Source of the DNA: Octopus bimaculoides
Taxonomy: Eukaryota
Assembly: GCF_001194135.2 (NCBI RefSeq)
Contig: NC_068990.1
Span: 90,023,296 to 90,057,853 of the forward strand
Direction: 5' to 3'
Length of the DNA stretch: 34,558 bases
Shown here: positions 1 to 10,462 of the stretch, piece by piece
How the letters are laid out: the number at the start of each line of letters is the position of its first letter
Position numbering within the stretch: the stretch's first letter is position 1
The notes under the pieces: model-generated
Database searches by the model: none
The model's input: only the letters and a program-made list of their open reading frames with translations
What the model was told of the DNA's origin: nothing
Program-made: the position numbers and the translations under genes

Positions 1-365
1 CGATATACATTAAGCGCCGACTACATAAACAAACGATTCTGAAACAATTAACCCTAACCCTAACCCTAACCTTAGGGTTAGGGTTAGGGTTAAAGCAAAT
101 TTAAAATGAAAAAAGCAAATAAAACGAAGAATCGTTTGTTTATGTAGTCGGCACTTAATGTATATCGGCTGAATGGACGTCAGTGATTGGTTGAAATTAT
201 CGAAATAAGACAATTTTTTACATGAAATAAATTCGAATACAAAAATATTTTTCTGTTCTATAACACAAAATAGATAAGTATACGAAGTTTGAAAGTCTTT
301 CGGTACCAAAAACACTACGTAAAACATTAATGAAAAATGTGGCCCCCGTTTTAAAAAAAGATCCA
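1..365. mobile_element. Probable non-autonomous interspersed repeat (Helitron-like?) carrying a telomere-repeat hairpin; runs off the left window edge
   Basis: Short CCCTAA/TTAGGG hairpin at 48-93, then a unique AT-rich body ending abruptly at an (ATAG)n tract. Resemblance to an octopus repeat is from memory only and the class is not established from the sequence. Confidence 0.3.
48..93. repeat. Inverted telomeric hexamer array (TAACCC)3 / (TTAGGG)3
   Basis: Arms 48-69 TTAACCCTAACCCTAACCCTAA and 72-93 TTAGGGTTAGGGTTAGGGTTAA are exact reverse complements with a CC loop. Confidence 0.95.
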
Positions 366-426
366 TAGATAGATATAGAGAGATATAGAGAGATAGATAG
401 ATATAAAGAGATAGAGACAGAGAGAC
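365..426. repeat. (AGAT)n/(AG)n compound microsatellite
   Basis: Direct reading. Confidence 0.9.
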
Positions 427-836
427 AGAGGACTTATTTAAAGACGGTACTCCAGGTGAAAGGAAGACGTAGGAGTGTACTTCAAGATAAAAAGAGAAAG
501 AAATGAGAGATGTTACTTGAAGGGATGGGAGGTAAATAATTGCTATAAATAAACTTCCTATTTTGTCATCCATCATTTAATTTTCATTAGGAAACACCTC
601 CGCAACAACCAACGCAAACAGAATCTTCATCACACACACACACACATCAAGCGTGCCTCTCTTTCTACAAAATTGTGGACGCACGTGCATTCACACACAC
701 ACACACACATGCGCGTGCGCAAGCATAGCTGTAACTATAAGGAGCAAAATTTCAACATTTATAGCTGCAGGTCATGTTTATAATATTTCTGTATTTACAT
801 AGATCGTCTTAAAATATGTGTAATATATACTAGATT

Positions 837-841
<5 letters not shown>

Positions 842-908
<67 letters not shown>
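842..908. repeat. (AC)n microsatellite running into gap 909-1428
   Basis: Direct reading. Confidence 0.95.
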
Positions 909-1428
909 NNNNNNNNNNNNNNNNNNNNNNNNNNNNNNNNNNNNNNNNNNNNNNNNNNNNNNNNNNNNNNNNNNNNNNNNNNNNNNNNNNNNNNNNNNNN
1001 NNNNNNNNNNNNNNNNNNNNNNNNNNNNNNNNNNNNNNNNNNNNNNNNNNNNNNNNNNNNNNNNNNNNNNNNNNNNNNNNNNNNNNNNNNNNNNNNNNNN
1101 NNNNNNNNNNNNNNNNNNNNNNNNNNNNNNNNNNNNNNNNNNNNNNNNNNNNNNNNNNNNNNNNNNNNNNNNNNNNNNNNNNNNNNNNNNNNNNNNNNNN
1201 NNNNNNNNNNNNNNNNNNNNNNNNNNNNNNNNNNNNNNNNNNNNNNNNNNNNNNNNNNNNNNNNNNNNNNNNNNNNNNNNNNNNNNNNNNNNNNNNNNNN
1301 NNNNNNNNNNNNNNNNNNNNNNNNNNNNNNNNNNNNNNNNNNNNNNNNNNNNNNNNNNNNNNNNNNNNNNNNNNNNNNNNNNNNNNNNNNNNNNNNNNNN
1401 NNNNNNNNNNNNNNNNNNNNNNNNNNNN

Positions 1429-1572
1429 AGGAAGGGCATTCACCTGTAGAAACATTGCCAGATCGGACTGGAACCTGGTGCAGCCTTCTGGCTTGCCAGT
1501 CCTTAGTCAAACCGTCCAACCCATGCCAGCATGGAAAGCGGACGTTAAACAATGACGATGATGATGATGATA
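1429..1572 (+). mobile_element. 3' part of a SINE (family B) with (GAT)n tail
   Basis: Reverse-complement match to 29222-29375 (AAACCGTCCAACCCATGCCAGCATGGAAAGCGGA core) and to 26975-27020; ends in a GAT tandem tail typical of RTE-mobilised SINEs. Confidence 0.8.
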
Positions 1573-1799
1573 CACATGCACATATACATACACACAGGGA
1601 GGTGAACAAACGAAAGACAATAGGACTCACTACATGTGGTCGGGTTGCTTATTGCGAGCGAATCTGACTTGGTAGCATGGACCATGCTTTTAATTGTTTT
1701 AGGTGCTTACGTAGTCGTGAATAAATGGCATCCACTCTTGACCCAAAAGAACATTAAAGATGGAACCAGAAGAGACAGAGAGAGAGAGAGGATTGCACC

Positions 1800-1950
1800 A
1801 GCAGCCGGTTAGTGCTCATTCTCATCTGAGTTAACTAGAACATTATGAAATGATGTTCCTTGCTCAAGGATACAACGCACCAACTGATCCAGAAATTGAA
1901 CTAACGACTTCATGATCGTGAGCCCAAACTCCGTAACTGTAAGGCCATGC
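1800..1950 (-). mobile_element. tRNA-derived CORE-like SINE fragment
   Basis: TTGCTCAAGGATACAACGCA is the reverse of the CORE-like block seen at 12700-12740; degenerate tRNA head at the right end. Confidence 0.65.
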
Positions 1951-2559
1951 GCCTTCATACTGCTACATTTGTGAGTGTTTAATAAGAAAGTGACTTGGTT
2001 CTACATGATACAACGTTTTGTTTGTAAGAAGGTGAACATCTGCACTTAGGAAACTTTGAGTAATGTAGAGGTGATACAACTTGTAGATCAGCTCCTGGTG
2101 GGCATTTCGCGTGGATTGCGCATTGAATAACGAAAACAAAAGAAGAACATATTAAAAACTAGACAACATATATTCTTGATTTATTGAAATTATTTCCACT
2201 TCCCAAGAAAGAAGAACAATCACTTGGTGGCAGTTGAGCCCAACTCCAAATTAGGAGCAGAGTTAATCTTACGAATCAAAGATTCTCAAAGAAAAAAAGG
2301 AAAAGAAAAGAAAAACCTATGTGCCATGTAAAATGAGTTTCCAGAGTTTTACCATTCTTTGAGAAAAAGAAGGGAAAGTTTTCCTCTTTCTGTCTCTAAA
2401 GAATATCCAAAACGTCGGAAATTCATCTTCCAAAACCAACTGAACTTGTAACTTAAACAATAAATACAAGTTTTGCCGGCGCAAACCCTCAAAAGTCACC
2501 TTGGATTTTGGTTTTTAATCACAACTTGGGTGACCTGGAAAATGTCTTCGTATTTTTCT

Positions 2560-3020
2560 AAAATCTGTTGAGAACAACTTTCGTTTAAAGACTTTAAAAG
2601 TGGCAGAAAAGCTTAAAATTAATCCCCAAAAGACAGTAAACAATAACAATATTCTTGGTTACTATCGACGAAGAAGTAGAGGGTGGCCAGCCCTCTTTAA
2701 ACAATTAATATCAAAGAAAGAAGTGAGTGAATTAAAAAGGTGAACAACAAGCCTCGGGCTTTTGAACACAGCATAATTTTTCCTGACGAACCAAGTTTTT
2801 ATCAATTTTTAAATAGTAGATGTGGGTATATTGGTGTGGAGATTATCTCGCCGATAGTTTGATGTAAACAAACAACAATCAACAGTAAAACATGATGGTG
2901 TGTCTGTTATGGTTTGAGGAGCTGTCTGGAAAATTGGACAGATTAGATTTTATTTATTGTAGTGGTAACATTAATTAGTCCAGAAAAATATATTTCTCTT
3001 CTTGAAGACAAACTCAAATC
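2560..3020 (+). pseudogene. Highly degenerate Tc1-family transposase remnant
   Basis: Broken frames give VAEKLKINPQKTVNN (HTH-like), IIFPDEPSF (first catalytic D at 2785), TVKHDGVSVMV*GA (2882-2923; Tc1 TVKHGGGSVMVWG) and EKYISLLEDKL. Stops, frameshifts and a large internal deletion. Confidence 0.6.
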
Positions 3021-3446
3021 AATATTCTCGAGTAGTCAAATTGAAGACAAAAACAAACAAAACAAAGCAAAAAAAAAAAAAAAAATCAGTTGTTTGTTGA
3101 TAGACATTGCTCAACTTTACACAGCTAAAAAGACAAAACTAAACGAGAGGAACAAAAATAGTATTAAACAAATGATTTCTTTAGCCGAGTCAAGTTTCCT
3201 GACATGAACACCACAGAACACGTATGAATAACACTACATAAATACTTCATGTAAAAAGAAAAAAAAAAAAGGACAATACACAGCCACAGGACCAGACTTC
3301 TGAATAATTTATACTAAGCATTGTCAGAAATACCATAAAGGCGAATAAATTCTAAGCCCAGACGAGTTGCTAGTTTTAAAGTAAGCTAAAGGAACGTCAA
3401 CCAATACTGAAACCTTCATTACTCATTATATATTTCGAACACTAAA

Positions 3447-3658
3447 GGCGGAGAGTTTGCAGAAACGTGAGCACGCCGGGCGAAATGCTTGGCGGTATTT
3501 CGTCTGTCTTTACGTTCTGAGTTCAAATTCCACCGAGGTTGACTTTGCCTTTCATCCTTTCGGGATCGATAAATTAAATACAAGTTGCGTACTGGGATCG
3601 ATTTAATCGACTGGTTCCCTCCCCCAAAATTTCGGGCCTTGTGCCTAGAGTAGAAACG
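3447..3658 (+). mobile_element. Full-length tRNA-derived SINE (family A) with 20-bp target-site duplication
   Basis: A-box-like head, B-box GAGTTCAAATTCC, matches many copies in the window; flanked by identical TATATATTTCGAACACTAAA at 3427-3446 and 3659-3678. Confidence 0.92.
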
Positions 3659-3734
3659 TATATATTTCGAACACTAAATTTCCAAATATATTTATTACAG
3701 AAAAGTCTTGATATCTCTTTCTTACATATCACTG

Positions 3735-4041
3735 GGTGGAGGCGCAATGGCCCAGTGGTTAGGGCAGCGGACTCGCGGTTTCGATTCCCAGATCTGGCGT
3801 TGTGAGTGTTTGTTGAGCGAAAACGCCTAAAGCTTCACGAGGCTCCGGCAGGATGTGGTGGCGAACCCTGCTGTATTCTTTCACCACAACTTTCTCTCGC
3901 TGTTTCTGTTGTACCTGTGTCACGCTGAATCTCCCCGAGAACTACGTGGAGTGCTCAGCTACTTGCACGTTAATTTCACGAGCAGGCTGTTCCGTTGAGC
4001 GGATCCACTGGAACTCTCGTCGTCGTAACCGACGGAGTGCC
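3735..4041 (+). mobile_element. tRNA-derived SINE (family C), internally deleted copy
   Basis: A box TGGCCCAGTGGTTAG, B box GGTTTCGATTCCC; colinear with 14640-15006 apart from four short deletions. Confidence 0.9.
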
Positions 4042-4439
4042 TCGACGACATATCTAGATCTATATACACATACAAATGTGTTCCCCTTTTCCTTCATGTC
4101 TAACTATTTCGTCTACATCTAGCAAAGAAAGACAGCTGCTGTCCTGATAACGTCTCTAGAAGTAGAAACCTATGCCTACTGCTGTCATCTTTTCTCCAGG
4201 CAATCATTCTGTTTTCTCCTCAATGGAACGTCACTTATTGAGAAATTCTTGATTCTAGATATTATCTTCCTTTCTCCACCAGATGATTGTTTAACCCTTT
4301 CTAGAAGCAGAGATGTAATTTCAATAAATCAATGTCATGTTGTATGGTAATTAATGCATCTTTATTCGACTATGCTTTTCAAAGTCATGTCATTAACCAC
4401 TGAGCCATTTCTCTTGGTGCATTTTTATCTATATATAAG

Positions 4440-4680
4440 TGCAGGCATGGCCGTAGTAGAGTTTAACAAGTTCTTTCTTTCGGATTCAGTTCTTATTGCT
4501 CAAGACTTTGGACAAATGTCTTCTACTACAGTCCGGAATTTATCAATGACTTATTAGGAAATTTGATGCGACAGCTTGTCCTCTGTGTGTGTGTGTGTGT
4601 GTGTGTGAACCAGTGTTGCAGGAATCACGTCGCTGTGGTTGGGAAGCAAGCTACTTACCACACAGCCACTCCTGCGCCTA
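4440..4680. mobile_element. Two CORE-like SINE fragments: + at 4440-4560 and - head at 4620-4680, separated by (TG)n
   Basis: Similar to the copies at 16945-17095 and 29700-29785. Confidence 0.6.
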
Positions 4681-5852
4681 TGCATATATTATATATACAC
4701 ATGGTATTGCAAGCAAGCGCACACACAGAGAGTTTGTAATGGAAACAGTGTGAAGACAAACCAAATTTGGAAGCTATTCCCATCCCCACCTCCCCAAATC
4801 TCTCAACAAGACAAACACATGTTTTATTATTCACAACTGTTTGTCTATATTATTACTCATCTCTTTTCTCATCGTTTATAATTGCTTTTCCTCGTAGACA
4901 GATTTGATGTTTTTAAGGTCGAGGAAGGTGGGGGGGGGGAGTCTAAAACGAGGTGGTCGTGGTTTCCATTCATTACTGCGTTGGTTTTAATTTCGTCGTT
5001 TTCCGCTAATGCGATTACTATTCAAATGGTCAAATATTGAAATGATCTGGAGAAAGCGGAGGAGGGAGAATATCCCGTGCGCATACGCACGCACGCACGC
5101 ACGCGCGGACGGACGGAGCCGCGTACCAGTCCGTTCAAGATGTATTTATTTGTTCGTTCAAATACTGCTTGTCTTCATCCATCAGAGAAATGTAAAATAT
5201 AAGGAAATGCACTCGAGTGACTACAACAACAACAGCAACAAAATCTACTACTACTACTACTACTTCATTTACGCATTCTTCACCGTCACCCTCTCCATCA
5301 AAGTCGTCATCATCATCATCATCATCATCAACTATCCAATTTAGTATTCTTAAGAGACCTCTTAGCCATGTTTAGAAATCTCATTTCTCAAGTTTCTCCC
5401 TCGCCGCTGCCCTCTACTTACACTACGCCACAGCAAAGCACAGNNNNNNNNNNNNNNNNNNNNNNNNNNNNNNNNNNNNNNNNNNNNNNNNNNNNNNNNN
5501 NNNNNNNNNNNNNNNNNNNNNNNNNNNNNNNNNNNNNNNNNNNNNNNNNNNNNNNNNNNNNNNNNNNNNNNNNNNNNNNNNNNNNNNNNNNNNNNNNNNN
5601 NNNNNNNNNNNNNNNNNNNNNNNNNNNNNNNNNNNNNNNNNNNNNNNNNNNNNNNNNNNNNNNNNNNNNNNNNNNNNNNNNNNNNNNNNNNNNNNNNNNN
5701 NNNNNNNNNNNNNNNNNNNNNNNNNNNNNNNNNNNNNNNNNNNNNNNNNNNNNNNNNNNNNNNNNNNNNNNNNNNNNNNNNNNNNNNNNNNNNNNNNNNN
5801 NNNNNNNNNNNNNNNNNNNNNNNNNNNNNNNNNNNNNNNNNNNNNNNNNNNN

Positions 5853-5897
<45 letters not shown>

Positions 5898-5943
5898 TAT
5901 ATACACATATATATATACACATATATATATACACATATATATG

Positions 5944-5997
<54 letters not shown>

Positions 5998-6000
5998 CAT
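5853..6000. repeat. (AT)n/(AC)n compound microsatellite after gap 5444-5852
   Basis: Direct reading. Confidence 0.95.
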
Positions 6001-6086
6001 ATATTTTGCATATTTTGATCATGTCTTAATCTGTTTTAATGTCTTTTACATTATTCATATTGAGAATACAATACTCGTATTTGTTG

Positions 6087-6180
6087 ACTGTAGTAGTAGT
6101 AGTGTTAGTAGTAGCTGTAGTAGTAGTAGTAGTAGCAGCAGTAGTAGCAGCAGCAGTAGTAGTAGTAGTAGTAGTTGTTG
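6087..6180. repeat. (GTA)/(GCA) trinucleotide microsatellite
   Basis: Direct reading. Confidence 0.9.
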
Positions 6181-6299
6181 TTTCATTCATTCATTCATTC
6201 CTTGAAGCTACCAGTCTTGTCTTGTCGATGTTGGTATTTCAAATAATCGCCCTTTTTATAAATAGTGACATTTTTTAAAAAACAAGTCACACCGTCAGA

Positions 6300-6540
6300 C
6301 ATTGTTGCTGTTCTGTCGTTGTTTAACCCCAGGTCATTCCTATATGGGACTATGATCAATAGAAGCCTTTAATCCGTAACCATCCTGCTTTATTTTTCTT
6401 TCAGTAATTGTCATTCTTAATTTGCATTATCCATTGTGGCTTCCTAATTCAAGATGGTAGGGTGCAGTTTAAAAGAGATTTAGCTATTTGACTACTATTT
6501 CTAGAAGTTTAAACAGCCACGTTGAGGTTGGTGTGGCTAA
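6300..6540 (-). mobile_element. SINE-like repeat (family D), diverged
   Basis: Shares CTATTTCTAG and AACCCCAGGTCA blocks (reverse) with 21235-21450 and 24700-25240; (AAC)n-like tail. Confidence 0.55.
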
Positions 6541-6589
6541 ACTTTACTGTTGAGGATTACAGCTTTGGGATTGACTTAGGGATAAATAA

Positions 6590-6805
6590 TGGTTTCTATT
6601 ACAGGCACAAGGTCAATAATTTTGAGGAGTGGGGATTGATTGAGCCCATCAATCCTAGTACTTGATTGGTATTTTATTTTGTCGACTCCGGTAGGATAAA
6701 TGGCAGAGTTAACCTTAGCAGGATTTGAACTCAAAATGTTAAGAACCAGGACAAATGCTGCCAAGTGTTCTTTCCGAGCTTAGCGATTCCGCCAGTTCGC
6801 CTCTT
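6590..6805 (-). mobile_element. SINE family A, diverged
   Basis: GGATTTGAACTC (reverse B box), GGCACAAGG 3' motif, head at 6780-6805. Confidence 0.8.
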
Positions 6806-6814
6806 TCCGTGGGT

Positions 6815-7700
6815 TAAATAATTTATTCTTTTAATTAGCCACAAAGGATTACATAAAATAACAACAGGACAATACAAAAGGGTTTTTAAATCGTGTAAAC
6901 AAAAAAAAACAAAAACAAAAAAAACAATGAAAATCAAACGAACTCTCAAAAAGGGGAAGCGATTTAAAGGTTGCTCATGAAAAAAAAAAACCCCCACAAA
7001 ACCACTTGTGGCCTGACCAACAGGGCAAGAGTCCTCTCCTTGTTTTCTTTTTCACTGGTGCATGCTCAAGACAGGTCCTATCACACTAACCATTTTCCCA
7101 ACATTCACCCACCTTTCAACAAGTTTGCTAGAATATAACGCTTCTCTCACCACACTCACTTTCCTTTTCAAGTGAAACTTGAAAAAGTTGAGGAGGGTTT
7201 GGCCAAAGAGAAAAGTGTCTGTCGTCAGCCCTTTCAAGCGTGTCCACCACACAACTTCTTTTGCTACAACCATCAGACAAATGAAAATTGCCTGGTCCTC
7301 CTGACCGAAGGAGGGCGGCGGGGAAATCCTCACTATGGATTGAGTCGATAGCCGGATCCGTCCTACACGTGACAGCTAGTGTTCGACATAAACCCACAGG
7401 TCAGCAATGTTCGATCACTGGACGAATGCGTGCAGGACGGATTTGTCGCTCTGCGCGGAACCCCGGGCAGGCTCGGCTGACGGCGTTTCCGTGCCTGTAA
7501 AGTTTATCGCGAACAGATGTCGTCCTCCGGTAGCACTGACAGGCCAGGGATTTCTGGAGGTTATTCATAGGCCCCGGCCCGAAAGTCCTTCGGATCAGAC
7601 TAGTAAACTGATCATCGTCGACGCCCAGAGTTTCCTCGAGAACGTGGGGTTTTGGTCCACAAGTCAGCTCCCCAGAAGAGCAGCTGGCTTGCAAAACAAA
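6815..7700 (-). pseudogene. 5'-truncated L1/Tx1-clade LINE: ORF2 C-terminus (CCHC zinc knuckle) plus T-rich 3' UTR
   Basis: Minus frames read LQKSLACQCYRRTTSVRDKLYRHGNAVSRACP(fs)AQSDKSVLHAFVQ*SNIADLW...VAKEVVWWTRLKG...VERW. This is a CX2CX8HX4C-type knuckle with frameshift and stops; AATAAA near 6822; homologous to 18255-19130. Confidence 0.85.
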
Positions 7701-8099
7701 TCAAATAACAAAAATGAGGTATAAAAACTTTTAAGCGAGTGAAATTCTCACAAACTTACGGAGCTACGAAACATGCATCAACCTATGGCGACCTCCGTGG
7801 GTTACATTATAAAAACGACAATATTATTGGAAAAGAAACGCAACCCGGATGTGAAGAGCACAGGCCTTGTTCTAGCTGAACCAGTTTTCAAACTTATTCA
7901 CAAACGACCAGTTCGTACGCCATAAATTTGACATACTTTTTATATAACAAAAGACAACAATATCACTTAAAGATTTTGATTTTTACTCAAATACAGTAAG
8001 TTTACAAAGAGACAGGGAGGTAAAATGAATGCGGAGAGCTTAACTCGGTGTTTAAATATAAGTTATATAACTTTCATAATTATACATACGTACGTACGA

Positions 8100-8141
8100 A
8101 CACACACACACGCACACGCACACGCACACGCACACGCACAC

Positions 8142-8182
<41 letters not shown>
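8100..8182. repeat. (AC)/(ACGC)/(AG)n compound microsatellite
   Basis: Direct reading. Confidence 0.9.
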
Positions 8183-8185
<3 letters not shown>

Positions 8186-8770
8186 TGTAGTGAATAAATT
8201 GTCTAAATTACGCAAAAATGAAAATAGCACTGACATCTCATTTTCACAGACATATTTACCAAAATTGCATAAAAATATCTTGAAGTACTAAACAGTAAAT
8301 TTATTGAATACAACGCCATTGGCTTCAACCAGGGCCTCTAGACTAATTCGGAATCTCCTGCAACTCTTCTGCACAGTCTCCTTGTTTAAGTTGGTGAATG
8401 CTGCCATAATCCTTGCCTTCTGTTCATCTTTGGTGTTGCAAGGAGTTTTGTTGGGGTCTCATTCAACTGCGCCCCACACATAATAATCAAGGGGGTTGCA
8501 GTCTGGGATGTTAGGTGGCCAGATGTTAGGGGTGGTGTGGTCGCAGAAATTGTCTGACAGCCATGACTGGGTTCTCCTACTTGTGTGACATGGTGCAGAG
8601 TCCTGTAGTTCCAGCAGTCACCCTCTTGACCCAGGGCAGCACTACCTCCTTCAGGCACTTGATGTAGGCCCCCGTGTTGAGTCTGAGGCCGTGTGGGAAG
8701 ATGAATGGAGGCATAACATCGCCATCACTAGTGATCACTCCAAACACCATGATGTTGACTGGATGTTCGG
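8183..8770 (-). pseudogene. DD37D (maT/Bmmar1-like) Tc1/mariner transposase C-terminal half with probable eroded 3' TIR
   Basis: IMVFGVITSDGDVMPPFIF...YIKCLKEVVLPWV, then after a frameshift QDSAPCH...WPPNIPDCNPLDYYVW. I count 37 residues between the second and third catalytic D. In-frame TGA after AVE; truncated at 8770 by a SINE. Confidence 0.92.
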
Positions 8771-8774
8771 TTGG

Positions 8775-8915
8775 AGTTCTGAGTTCAAATCTCACCGAGG
8801 TGAACTTCGATTTTCTTCCTTTCGAGGTCGATAGAACAAAGTATCAGTCAAGTATTGAGACCCATGTTATCGACTTACCACTTTTCCCAATATTTTAGGC
8901 TTTGTGCTTAGGGTA
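8775..8915 (+). mobile_element. SINE family A 3' fragment
   Basis: GTTCTGAGTTCAAATCTCACCGAGG through GGCTTTGTGC. Confidence 0.8.
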
Positions 8916-9133
8916 GCGGAGTGGCAGGGAAGGTCGTGGACAACCAGAATCCTTGGAGTCTGAAAAAATGTTTTGCACGTTTTCGTCTTTGCTTTCTCAG
9001 CTCTTTGCATTTATCCATGCGACCCTCCATCTTCTTAGTCCATTATTCCTGCGAGGGTCATGAGGTTAGAGTCCTCAGGCACCTCTCCCATAGATTCCTG
9101 TCAGAAACAACTATCATTACACTGTCCTCTTTG

Positions 9134-9280
9134 CATTCTGGGTTCAAATACCGCTAAGGTTAATCTTGCCCTTTTATCTTTACGGAGTTGATAAAATAAC
9201 CTGACGGTTAAGTACGGGGTCAATGTAATTGACTAACCCCGCTGAGAAAAACCGCTGGCTTTGTGCCTAAATTAGAAAAC
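9134..9280 (+). mobile_element. SINE family A 3' fragment
   Basis: TTCTGGGTTCAAATACCGC through GGCTTTGTGCCTAAATTAGAAA. Confidence 0.75.
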
Positions 9281-9544
9281 AGAAATATTATTTTTGTGAA
9301 TTGGTCAAGCATGTTAAATTCCTTTCCCTCCTCCTGTTAACTTAAAAGTTGTTTTGATGGTGTTACTTACTGAACAACTTTAGAGCAAGATCACACAAGA
9401 ACCTCTTGTAAAGTAATAAAAAAACATTTAAATGACTGAAATTCTTAGCATATTTCTCTCCTCCTCCTCCCCCGTCACTGTTCCTCGAAGGTGACAATTA
9501 GACAAGATCTCAACTGAAGGCTGCTTCTGTTGTCTATGATTAGT

Positions 9545-9980
9545 TTTGCATTTGTTGGTAATAGTTGTAGTAGTGGTGGTGGCAATGGTGGTGGTGGTAG
9601 TAGTGGTAGTATCAACGATAGTGGTTGTAGTTGTGGCAGTGGTGGGGATAGTGGTGGTGATGATGTAGGTGCTGATGTTAGTGTAGTGGTAGTGACCAAA
9701 ATGCAGTAGTAACAGTGGTAGTTGTGGTGGTGGTGGTGGTGGTGGTGGTTGTCGTGACGGTCATCGTTGTAGTTTGACGGTGGTGGCGATGGCGGTAGCA
9801 ACGGTGGTGACAGCAGCGACAAGAATAGTAGTAGTAGTAGTGGTGATCGTGGTGTCGGTTGTGGTGATAGGAGTGGTAGTGGTGATTGTAGTGATGGTTG
9901 TAGTGGCTATAGTAACGTCGGTAATTGTCGGTGGTTGTGGCGGTAGTAGTGCTGGTTGTGGTGGTAGTAGGTGTTGAGTT
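9545..9980. repeat. Degenerate (GGT/GTA/GTG)n trinucleotide low-complexity tract
   Basis: Direct reading; explains the poly-V/P/H ORFs. Confidence 0.85.
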
Positions 9981-10109
9981 AGATGTAGTATAACAGCGAT
10001 GGTAATATAAACAAGACTAATAATATTTTATTTTTGTGTTGTCGGGCTAAAGCTGTAACGACAAAATTAAAGATGTGAAAATCAGTGTTTCATTATGACA
10101 TATTATTAT

Positions 10110-10164
<55 letters not shown>

Positions 10165-10387
10165 NNNNNNNNNNNNNNNNNNNNNNNNNNNNNNNNNNNN
10201 NNNNNNNNNNNNNNNNNNNNNNNNNNNNNNNNNNNNNNNNNNNNNNNNNNNNNNNNNNNNNNNNNNNNNNNNNNNNNNNNNNNNNNNNNNNNNNNNNNNN
10301 NNNNNNNNNNNNNNNNNNNNNNNNNNNNNNNNNNNNNNNNNNNNNNNNNNNNNNNNNNNNNNNNNNNNNNNNNNNNNNNNNNNNNNN

Positions 10388-10462
<75 letters not shown>

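Noticed and set aside
48-93. Telomere-telomere fusion site or true chromosome end
   Set aside because: Wrong repeat order for a fusion and only about three units per side.
4200-4314. Possible 115-nt + exon
   Set aside because: Good acceptor but mediocre donor and unrecognised peptide.
5196-5385. Open Thr/Ser-rich frame (mucin-like)
   Set aside because: Built from ACA/ACT/TCA repeats, no start codon or good splice sites, stops at 5385.
9475-9977. Pro/His-rich and Val/Gly-rich ORFs
   Set aside because: Trinucleotide low-complexity tracts lack stops by composition.
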